DNA of 64,000 nucleotides from Spheniscus humboldti (Eukaryota): NCBI GenBank assembly GCA_027474245.1, contig CM049899.1, positions 1,212,536 to 1,276,535 of the forward strand, read 5' to 3'. Shown piece by piece: positions 54,540 to 64,000 of this stretch (position 1 is its first letter; each line of letters starts with the position of its first letter). The notes under the pieces were generated by a model. It saw only the letters and a program-made list of their open reading frames with translations, ran no database searches and was not told where the DNA came from. The position numbers and the translations under genes were made by a program.

Positions 54540-55630
54540 TACCTCCTCCAAGCTCAGCAACTGCCAATCCTGATGAGCAGGAAAAAACACGAAGGTGGCA
54601 GGAGGCTTACATGGATGAACAAGGAGCTCTGATAAAACTCAAACGTGAAAAGGAAAACTCAAACGTGAAAAGGATGCATACAGGAGGTGGAAGCACGGGA
54701 AAGTGACATGGGAAGAATACAGAGATACTATCCGAGCCTGCGGGGATCAACTGCCAAAGCCCAACTGGAGCTGAATCTGGCAAGGGATGTGAAGGGTAAC
54801 AAGAAAGGCTTCTATCGATGGGCCAAGGCCAATTGTATGAGGTTCAACAAGGCTCAGTGCCGGGTCCTGCACTTGGGTCACAACAACCCCATGCAATGCT
54901 ACAGGCTTGGGGAAGAGTGGCTGGAAAGCTGCCTGGTGGAAAAGGACCTGGGGGTGTTGGTTGACAGCCAGCTGAATATGAGTCGGCAATGTGCCCAGGT
55001 GGCCAAGAAGGCCAATAGCATCCTGGCTTGTATCAGAAATAGCGTGGCCAGCAGGAGTAGGGAAGTGATCGTGCCCCTGTACTCGGCACTGGTGAGGCCG
55101 CGCCTCAAATACTGTGTTCAGTTTTGGGCCCCTCACTACAAGAAAGACATTGAGGTGCTGGAGCGTTTCCAAAGAAGGGCAATGAAGCTGGTGAAGGGTC
55201 TAGAGCACAAGTCTTATGAGGAGCAGTTGAGGGAACTGGGGTTGTTTAGCCTGGAGAAAAGGAGGCTGAGGGGAGACCTCATCGCTCTGTACAACTACCC
55301 GAAAGGAGGTTGTAGCGAGGTGGGTGTTGGTCTCTTCTCCCAAGTAACAAGCGATAGGACGAGGAAATGGCCTCAAGTTGCACCAGGGGAGGTTTAGATT
55401 GGATATTAGGAAAAATTTCTTCACTGAAAGGGTTTTCAAGCATTGGAACAGGCTGCCCAGGGAAGTGGTTGAGTCACCATCCCTGGAGGTATTTAAAAGA
55501 CATGTAGATGAGGCGCTTAGGGACATGGTTTAGTGGTGGACTTGGCAGTGTTAGGTTAACAGTTGAACTTGATGATCTTAAAGTTTTTTTCCAGCCTAAA
55601 TGATTCTATAATTCTATGATTCTATGATCC
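54540..55630 (+). mobile_element. CR1 LINE copy A: 3' portion with an internal deletion of the RT core, ending in an ATTCTRTG tail
   Basis: Reading [22 protein letters not shown] joins directly to [13 protein letters not shown]...[14 protein letters not shown]...[19 protein letters not shown]. The tail is tgattctataattctatgattctatg at about 55598-55628. Confidence 0.8.
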
Positions 55631-56990
55631 GCAGCAGAATGAACAATATAGAAGATGTGGGCCTGCTGCTGAATGGGAGTAGGGACCTGTTCACAAAGGA
55701 CATGCAGGAGGCCGAAGTACTGAATGCCTTCTTCACCTCGGTCTTCATGGGTAAGATTCCTGAGACCAATGGGAGAGTCCAGGGCAAGGTGGGCTTATCC
55801 TTGGTGCAGAGAATCAGGTTGGGGAATGTTTAAAGAAACGGGACATAGGTAAGTCCGTGGACCTGGTGGGATGCACCCACAAGGGCTGAGGGAGCTGACT
55901 GGTGTCACTGCAAGGCCACTCTTGATAATCTCTGAAAGGTCATGACGATCAGGGCAAGTTCCTGAGATCTGGAAGAACGCAAATATTGTCCCTATCTCCA
56001 AGAGACGCAAGAAAGAGGATCCAGGGAGCTACAGGCTGGTCACTCACCTCCATCCGAGGAAAGGTGATGGAGCAAATAATCCCGGCAACCACTTCTGAAT
56101 ACAGGAGGGACAGGAAGGTGACTAGGAGTACTCTGCATGGATTTGCAAAGGGCAAATCATGTCTGACCAACTGATAGCTGTCTTTGGTAAAATGAGTATC
56201 TTGGTGGATGAGGAGAGGGCATTGGATGTCATTTAGCTCAGCTTCAGAAGGGATGTTGACACTGTCTTCTGCACTTAGACAAACTGATGTCTGTTGGCTA
56301 GAAAAGCAGACAGTGAGATGGATTTAAAACTGGCTGAAGGGCTTGACTCAAGGATCGTGGCACTGAGTCCAGCTGGAGGTGGTGTACCCCAGGGGTTGAC
56401 ACTGGGACTAATATTGTTGAACATCTTCATTACACACTGGGACCAAGTACACCCTCAGCAAGTTTGCAGATGATACAGAAGTAGAGGAGTGATTGACAGA
56501 CCAGGTGGGCGTGCAGCCATTCAGAGGGACCTGGACAGGCTGGAGAAATGGGCTGACAGGAACCTCATGGAGTTCAACAAGGGGAAGTGCAAAGTCTTTC
56601 ATATTGGAATGAGTAACTCCATACACCAGTAGAGGGCTGAGGGCTGACCTGCTGGAAAGCAGCTTGACAGAAAAAGATCTGGGGGTCCTGGTGGACACCA
56701 GGTTGACTATGAGCCAGCAGTGTGTCCTTGCTGCAATAAAGGCTGAGGATATCCTGGCTGCATTAGGAGAAGTGTGGCCAGCAGGTGGAGGGAGGTGATC
56801 CTTCCCCTCTACTCAGCGCGTGGAGTTCTGGGCTCCCCAGTACAAGGGAGACATTGCCATACTGGAAGAAAATACAAATGAAGGACCACAAAGATGATGA
56901 AGGAACTGGAGCATCTGTCATAGGAGGAAAGGCTGAGAGAACTGGGACTGTTTAGCCTAGAAAAGAGAAGGCTCAGGCTCATCTGTTTAC
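55630..56990 (+). mobile_element. CR1 LINE copy B: degenerate ORF2 (RT) fragment
   Basis: Frame-shifted matches to CR1 ORF2 are present, for example EAEVLNAFFTSVF, FAKGKSCLTN and [15 protein letters not shown]. There are many stops. Confidence 0.65.
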
Positions 56991-59312
56991 AAACAGAGAA
57001 GGACTGGTGGGAGATGTGGTGGTCGGAGGCCGTCTTGGGCTTAGCGACCATGAAATGGTAGAATTCTTGATTCTTGGTGAAGTAAGGAGGGGGGCCAGCA
57101 AAACCGCAACCATGGATTTCCGGAGGGCGGACATTGGCCTGTTCAGGACACTGGTTGAGAGAGTCCCTTGGGAGACAGTCCTGAAGAGCAAAGGGGTCCA
57201 GGAAGGCTGGACGATCTTCAAGAAGGAAGTCTTAAAGGCGCAGGAGCAGGCTCTCCACATACACCGTAAGAAGAATGGGCGGGGAAGACAACCGGCCTTG
57301 CTGAATGGGGAGCATTTGCTGGGACTCAGGAAAAAAAGGAGAGTTTACCACTTGTGGAAGAAGGGGCAGGCGACTCAAGAAGAGTACAGGGATCTTGTTA
57401 GGTCATGCAGAGAGGAAATGAGAAAGGCAAAAGCCCAGCTAGAGTGCAATCTGACTGCTGTTGTTAGAGACAACAAAAAATGTTTTTACAAATATATTAA
57501 TGACAAGAAGAGAGCCAAGGAGAATCTCCATCCTTTATTGGATGCGGGGGGGAACATTGTCACCGAGGATGAGGAAAAGGCTGAGGTATTTAATGCCTTC
57601 TTTGCCTCAGTCTTTAACAGTCAGACCAGTTATCCTCAGGGTACTCGGCCCCCTGAGCTGGAAGACAGGGACGGCGAGCAGGATGAACCCCCCATAATCC
57701 AAGAGGAAGCAGTCAACGACCTGCTACGCCACCTGGATGCTCACAAGTCTATGGGGCCGGATGGGATCCACCCGAGAGTGCTGAGGGAGCTGGCGGAGGA
57801 GCTCGCCAAGCCACTCTCCATCATTTATCAGCAGTCCTGGTTAACGGGGGAGGTCCCAGACAACTGGAGGCTTGCCAATGTGACGCCCATCTACAAGAAG
57901 GGCCGGAAGGAGGATCTGGGGAACTACAGGCCTGTCAGCCTGACCTTGGTGTCGGGGAAGATTATGGAGCGGTTCATCTTGAGGGCGCTCACAAGGCATG
58001 AGCAGGACAACCAGGGGATCAGGCCCAGCCAGCACGGGTTCACGAGAGGCAGGTCCTGCTTGACCAACCTGATCTCCTTCTATGACCAGGTAACCTGCCT
58101 AGTGGATGAGGGAAAGGCTGTGGATGTGGTCTACCTGGCCTTCAGTAAGGCCTTTGACACTGTCTCCCACAGCATTCTCCTAGAGAAGCTGGTGGCTCAC
58201 GGCTTAGACAGGTGTACTCTGTGCTGGGTAAAAATCTGGCTGGACGGCCGGGTCCAGGGAACTGTGGTGAATGGAGTTCAATCCAGTTGGCGGCCGGTCA
58301 CGAGCGGTGTTCCCCAGGGCTCAGTTTTGGGGCCAGTCTTGTTCAGTATCTTTATCAATGATCTGGATGAGGGGATTGAGTGCACCCTCAGTAAGTTTGC
58401 AGACAACACCAAGTTGGGCGGGAGTGTTGATCTGCTCGAGGGTAGGAAGGCTCTGCAGAGGGACCTGGACAGGCTGGATCAATGGGCCGAGGCCAACTGT
58501 ATGAGATTCAACAAGGCCAAGTGCCAGGTCCTGCACTTCGGCCACAACAACCCCATGTAGCGCTACAGGCTTGGGGAAGAGTGGCTGGAAAGCTGCCTGG
58601 TGGAAAAGGACCTGGGGGTGCTGGTCGACAGCCGGCTGAACATGAGCTGGCAGTGTGCCCAGGCAGCCAAGAAGGCCAATGGCATCCTGGCCTGTATAAG
58701 AAATTATGTGGCCAGCAGGAGTAGGGAAGTGATCGTGCCCCTGTACTCGGCACTGGTGAGGCTGCACCTCGAATACTGTGTTCAGTTTTGGGCCCCTCAC
58801 TACAAGAAGGACATTGAGGTGTTAGAGTGCGTCCAGAGAAGGGCAACGAGGCTGGTGAGGGGTCTGGAGAACAAGTCTTATGAGAAGCGGCTGAGGGAAC
58901 TGGGGTTGTTTAGCCTGGAGAAAAGGAGGCTGAGGGGAGACCTCATCGCTCTGTACAACTACCCGAAAGGAGGTTGTAGCGAGGTGGGTGTTGGTCTCTT
59001 CTCCCAAGTGACTAGCGATAGGACGAGAGGAAATGGCCTCAAGTTGCACCAGGGGAGGTTTAGATTGGACATGAGGAAAAATGTCTTTACTGAAAGAGTG
59101 GTTAAACACTGGAACAGGCTGCCCAGGGAAGTGGTTGAGTCACCATCCCTGGACGTATTTAAAAGACGTGTAGATGAGGCGCTTAGGGACATGGCTTAGT
59201 GGGCATGGTGGTGTTGGGTTGACGGTTGGACTCGATAATCTTAGAGGTCTTTTCCAACCTTAATGATTCTATGATTCTATGATTCTATGATTCTATGATT
59301 CTATGATTCTAT
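56990..59312 (+). mobile_element. CR1 LINE copy C: 5'-truncated, with a nearly intact ORF2 RT through its C-terminus and a (ATTCTATG)7 tail
   Basis: The ORF 57007-58560 (517 aa) carries RT motifs ([26 protein letters not shown]). A single TAG lies at 58558. The same frame continues as ORF 58600-59199. The tail attctatg x7 is at 59262-59312. Confidence 0.9.
57007..59199 (+). pseudogene. CR1 ORF2 (reverse transcriptase) reading frame, interrupted by one in-frame stop at 58558-58560. Endonuclease domain absent.
   Basis: Both ORF segments share frame 1, so one nonsense codon is the only visible disruption over about 2.2 kb. Confidence 0.8.
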
Positions 59313-59499
59313 GACAGCTCCTGCCCCAAGCCCACAGCCCAGAGACAAGCTACAGGATGATGCCCATCAGCCCCGCTCACATGCTGGGGATTCTCAGGTC
59401 CCTCCCCGGCCCCCTGTGAAATATTCCCCTGCAGTCGACCCCACTGAAGACATGAAATGCAGTGGGGTGAGGGAAATATTCCCAACATAAAAGTCAGTG

Positions 59500-59760
59500 G
59501 TAATTCAGTGCACACCTGGAGAGATGAAACCACAGCCAAGAGATAATGAACGCTGTTCATCCTGGAGGGAAATTATCAGCAAAGTCCCACAAGGCTCGAT
59601 GCTGGCACATGTCCTTAAGTCCTCCTTCACACAACCCTGCCACTCCTCTGAGTGTTTGGCGGTGACAAACGTGCAAATGGGTCCAAAGAGAGTTAAACAA
59701 ATAGACAGGTTCACCAGCTCCTCAGTGCAATGGTACAGACACTTCTAGGCCACAAGTCCT
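59500..59760 (+). mobile_element. Short old CR1 RT fragment
   Basis: ORF 59497-59748 reads EIISKVPQGSMLAHVLKSSF. Compare CR1 [16 protein letters not shown]. Confidence 0.4.
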
Positions 59761-59999
59761 GTAACCGCCAGCTTTTGCAAAACAGGGAAAGGATGACTGC
59801 GTTGGGTTTACATGGCAAGGTTTGGAGAGGGGATGGGGCTGCAGGGGTGGCTTCTGTGAGAAGAGACCAGGGGCTGCCCCTGTGTTGGACAGAGCCAGTT
59901 CCAGCCAGCTCCAAAACAGACCCATTGCTGGCCAAAGCTGAATCCATCAGCGAAGCTGGTGGTGCCTTCATGATACATATTTAAGAAAAGGTAAAAAAC

Positions 60000-60895
60000 C
60001 ACTGCACAACAAGAGCTGGGAGACAGGAGTGAGAAAATGGGAGAGAAACAGCAAGGTCAGTGAAGAAGGAGGGGAAGGAGGTGCTTCAGGCACCGGAGCA
60101 GAGATTCCCCTGCGGCCCATGGTGAAGGCCATGGTGAGGCAGGTTGTCCCCCTTGTAGCCCATGGAGGTCCATGGTGGAGCAGATATCCACCTGCAGCCC
60201 ATGGAGGACCCCATGCCGGAGCAAGTGGATGAGCCCTGAAGGAAGCTGCAGCCAGCAGAGAGCCCTTGCTGGAGCAGGTTTTCTGGCAGGACCTGTGGCC
60301 CATGGAGAGGAGCCCATGCAGGAACATGTTTTCTGGCAGAAACTGTGGCCCATGGGGGACCCACACTAGAGCAGTTCGTGGACTGTACCCTGTGGGGAAC
60401 CTATACTGTAGCAGTCCATTCGTGAGGGACTGTATCCTGTGGAAAGGACCCGTGCTGGAGTACTTTGTGAAGGACTGTATCCCATGGGTGGGACCCCATG
60501 CTGGAGCAGAAGAGCATGAGGAGGAAAGAGCGGCAGAGACAAAGTGTTATGGACTGACCACAACCCCCATTCCTCATCCCCCTGCACTGCTTGGGGGGAG
60601 AAGTTAAAAGAGTGAGGAGTGAAGTTGAGCCTGGGAAGAAGGGGTGGTGGGGCAAAGGTAGTTTTAGTTTTGTTTTTGTTTCTCACTTATCCTACTGTAT
60701 TTTTAACTGGCAATTAATCTTCCCCTAGTTGAGTCTGTTTTGCCCACGGTGGTAGTTGGTGAGCATCCCCCTGTCCTTATCTTGACCCATGAGCTGTTTA
60801 ATCTGATTTTCTCCCCCTGTCTTGTCAAGGAGGCAGAGTGAGAAAGCAGCTGGGTGGGCATCTGGCAGCCAGCCAAGGTCTACCCACCACACTGA
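60000..60895. mobile_element. Avian LTR-like interspersed repeat. Family cannot be assigned without a database.
   Basis: It has the characteristic reiterated motifs ccatggaggaccccatgc/tggagcag, gactgtatcctgtgg and ccattcctcatccccctgcactgcttgggggga. It ends ...gccagccaaggtctacccaccaca (a TG..CA-type terminus). Confidence 0.45.
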
Positions 60896-61892
60896 CAGTG
60901 GGGGAAGTAAAAATCCTTCTCCACCTTCCTTGTTTCTTAAACACTTTCCCTTGGCACTGGCTGTATGTCACTGCTGGTAACAGGGCACCAGCTCCGTGGT
61001 GCTTCTGTCTGACCCAGGAGAGCAGCTCTTGTGCAACAGGAGCAGGAGACAGGCTGAGGACCAGTGCCGATGCTCGATCCTGACACTAAGCACCTCTCTG
61101 CACGCCTAAGCAAAAGACTGAAACCTGTCCTGAGCTGCAGGCACCGTGGGCACAGCTGGGGCTATGTGTGCTGGAGCAGGGGGAGGTGGGAGGCAGGAGG
61201 GGGAGCACAGCTGCAGTTGCAGATGCAGGGCACGATGCTCAGTGCAGACTGAGAAGAAGGAAGGGTCAGGCTGACAGCATGGCAAAGAGTCCATCTGGGA
61301 AGGAGGAGGAAGAGACAAAAGAAGGTGTTTCTGCAGCGGATGCCGGTCAGGCAGGAGGGTGGCTCCCCTCCCCAGCATTGCCCATCCTTCCACTCCCATC
61401 AGCACCCAAGAAGCCGGGTTTTCCTGGCCACCCTCCCACCCATGGGCAGGACTGGCCCCTGGGAAAGCGTTTCAAGATGGGATGCGGTTGGCTGAAGAAG
61501 AAAGGACTCCTCCAATGTTTGTCTCTTTCTTCACATGCAAGAGACTGTCCTGTCTCTCTCGGCGTGTTGACAGCAAGACACTTTTCCCTGAGGGTCGATG
61601 CCTGTTGAGGCCAAGGTCCCATCCCTGAGCCAGGTGTGGCTGATCAGCAGCACTGGGGACATGCCATGGGCTTGGGCACAAGGGCCAGTGTCCCAGCACA
61701 GACAGCTCTGAATCTCCAGCAGCAGCAGCTCCAAGACCATCTGGCCTGAACAGGCCCTGCGGAATCTGTCTGCCTTCTCCCTGTACATAAAGCTGAAAAG
61801 CTTGTGAACACCATAGCCCTGGGAGAAGAGCTGCCTCTGGGACTGGAGGGAGAGACCGAGTGAGTGTCAGCCCTAAAAGCACACTTGCCTCC

Positions 61893-62090
61893 CCTCCCCT
61901 CCCCTCCCCTCCCCTCCCCTTCCCTTCCCTTCCCTTCCCTTCCCTTCCCTTCCCTTCCCTTCCCTTCCCTTCCCTTCCCTTCCCTTCCCTTCCCTTCCCT
62001 TCCCTTCCCTTCCCTTCCCTTCCCTTCCCTTCCCTTCCCTTCCCTTCCCTTCCCTTCCCTTCCCTTCCCTCTCTTCCTTTCCCTTCCCTG
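61893..62090. repeat. Pentanucleotide microsatellite: (CCCCT)~6 followed by (CCCTT)~30
   Basis: cccctcccctcccct...cccttcccttccctt is read directly. It produces the artefactual poly-(LPFPS)/(GKGRE) ORFs in the track. Confidence 0.95.
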
Positions 62091-63779
62091 TGGACAACAA
62101 TGAGCTTTGCAGACTGGTGTGGACTTTCTGTGAGAGGTTGTGAAATCAGCCATTAGGAGTGTGAGGGCTTTGGAGAGGCAGGAGACAAGGGCTGAGTTTT
62201 AGCCCAGCTGCCACGGACCTCTCTCCCAAGGTGAGGCCATAACAATTCAATGACAGCATTTCCATCATGTGCCCCTGTCTTTCCCCAGCCCTCCTCCTCC
62301 CCTAAGAAGGTCTAGCCCTGTTGGCCACTTCCAGCCCCCCAAATCACCAGGGCTCCTCAGAGCAGGCCTCCAGGCTAGAGGGAGCAGCCCTGCCTGTGCC
62401 TTTTTGTGGAGATACCAACTGCAGCTGGTGCCGAACCTCACTCCTAGGCACCAGAGAAGACCCACAGAGGCTCAGCACCAGGGAACCAGCTTCTCCCACC
62501 CCTATGGTGATGGATCTGGGCCACACATCCCTGGGTGATTCTCTGCAGTGTCTGGTGGCCCCAACATGCCTTCATGGCCTGTGATGGGGGGTTGCCCCAG
62601 AGAAGGGTGTAGGCTGGAGGTCCCGGAAAGCACATGGGCCCAGCATGGGGCTCTGAAATCTCCGGTGAACCCAAGAGTGCTGAGTCCATGGAGCAGGGAA
62701 CCTCCACCCCTCTCAGAGTGGAGAAGAGCACCCAGGGGTCTGAGCTGCCTGTCCAGGCTCCTCTCCTGCCCCAACACCAGATGGTGCTATTTGGGGGGTG
62801 GTGCTCACTACAGCCCCGGTAAGAACCTGTTTCCCGCTGTGCCTCCAAAACACCAGGTGCCCCAAGGGCCAGCCCTTTGCCTTTCCCAGCCTCATGGGGG
62901 GACACTCCAGTTTGCCCTAATCTGCCCTTATCTGGGGGCACCTGGTGGGTGGGAAGGGGCTCTCCTTTACAGAGACACCCCAGGTGTCCAGGCTCCCTCA
63001 GCCAGTCTGCTCATCGTGGTGGTGCAGCCAGAGAGGACGCAGGCGTCTGGGCACTGGCAGAGGACTGGGGACATGGACACAGACACAGACACACATGCAG
63101 AGCGTAGCTTTGCTGAAGGGGTTTATTGATCATTAGAGGGAAATGGCCCAGGGCTCCCAGGGGATCAGGTGGGGTCATCCAGGGATGATCATCTCCTCAA
63201 GCCGCTGGAGGGGGACAGGACAAGAGTGTCACCACCAGTTCCAGTCCTGAAAGACAGAGCCCAAAATGAGGCCTCCAGTGACTGCTGGGACATGAGAGGG
63301 GCCTTGTCCCCACCGTCTCTCTCTGCAGAGACCCGGAGAAGGAGACAGGAATTGGAGCCCTCAATATATCCAGGACAGAAGTTGGCCCTCCTGAAGTCCG
63401 CATGGCACCCAGAGCCCCTTACCCCAGGATGCCCCTAAATCTCCCAGAAGCCTGCCCAGCCCTCACGGTGGTCCTGGAGGTCTGTATGGCAGCAGAGCCC
63501 CTGCCTGGCCTGCACGGTGACCCTCTGGGTCTGCAGAGCCCCACCACTGTAGAGGTGCAAGGAAAGGCATGGCATCAGCTCTGTCCAGCTCACCCTGGGA
63601 CATGGATCACGGACAGTCCCCCCTGTTCCCCTCTCCCATTCCCAAGTTCTGCCCACCCCAGAGGGCTCAGGGATCCCCTGGGGCACAGGATCCTTTGTGG
63701 GGCTGGAGATGCCCTGATGCTGCTCACCTAGACTTTAACAACTGCAGCTGCACGTCTCTGGCGCACAAGCTCCACCACC

Positions 63780-64000
63780 TGGCCAGCCACAGGGAGCTGG
63801 GGAGAAAGGGAGGTTTAGGGACACGCTTGGGTGCACTGGGATGTACTGGGAGGCAGGGGAAAGCAACGGGGTCCTTGGGGAAGGTGCCACCGGGGAGAAA
63901 TGGGGTACATGAGTTTGTATGACAGTGCAGAGAAAGCAGTGGGGGTTTTGGGGAAGGGGCCCGCCTGGGTGCGTGGCTGTGTACTGGGGCATCCTGGGCT
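63780..64000. repeat. Degenerate ~45-50 bp GC-rich tandem motif (ggtgc[a/g]...gtactggg...ggggaagg...)
   Basis: Similar blocks recur: ggtgcactgggatgtactgggaggcagggg and ggtgcgtggctgtgtactggggcatcctggg, and also cttggggaaggtgccaccgggg and ttggggaaggggcccgcctggg. Confidence 0.4.

Noticed and set aside
55630-59312. CR1 copy C interpreted as an insertion splitting CR1 copy B
   Set aside because: The sequence after 59312 does not continue copy B. The next CR1-like piece (59500-59760) is an unrelated RT-core fragment. So these are adjacent independent fragments, not a clean nested insertion.
62100-63780. Cluster of 60-190 codon ORFs in all frames (for example 62444-62941 -, 62548-63129 +)
   Set aside because: It shows the same pattern of GC-rich sequence and mutually overlapping frames. 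There are no domains. It is likely non-coding intergenic DNA.

Overview
This is vertebrate, almost certainly avian, genomic DNA. The evidence is several CR1 LINE fragments with (ATTCTRTG)n tails and solo LTRs beginning TGTCCTGGTTTCGGCAGGGATAGAGTTAAT. It is not a prokaryotic locus, and all ORFs inside the repeats are spurious. There are three main blocks. First, positions 1-31982 are a head-to-tail tandem array of a 6908-bp unit. Four full copies plus a 4350-bp partial copy are visible, and the array probably continues upstream of the window. Copies differ at only about 5 sites per unit. Each full unit carries a 534-bp solo LTR. The LTR is missing at the homologous empty site of the terminal partial copy. 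Identity drops stepwise there, from about 99.9% to about 96%, then to about 75%, and is gone by the CpG island. Second, an orphan CpG island (32290-32760) and a G-rich tract lie between the array and the 3' end of a complete ACADM gene. The ACADM gene (medium-chain acyl-CoA dehydrogenase) is on the minus strand in 12 exons (CDS 47131 down to 35585, 422 aa). All splice junctions and the start and stop codons were read from the sequence. Its promoter CpG island is at about 46800-47500. Third, upstream of ACADM the sequence is repeat-rich intergenic DNA. It contains GC-rich low-complexity blocks, a second, diverged solo LTR of the same family, and a cluster of CR1 LINE fragments. One CR1 copy keeps an ORF2 reverse-transcriptase frame about 2.2 kb long, broken by a single stop codon. 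Further right are another LTR-like avian repeat, a (CCCCT/CCCTT)n microsatellite and GC-rich minisatellite-like sequence. The most unusual feature is the macrosatellite-like 6.9-kb array beside an orphan CpG island, in the position where a downstream neighbour gene would be expected. No BLAST or alignment was run, so repeat family names and percent identities are estimates.
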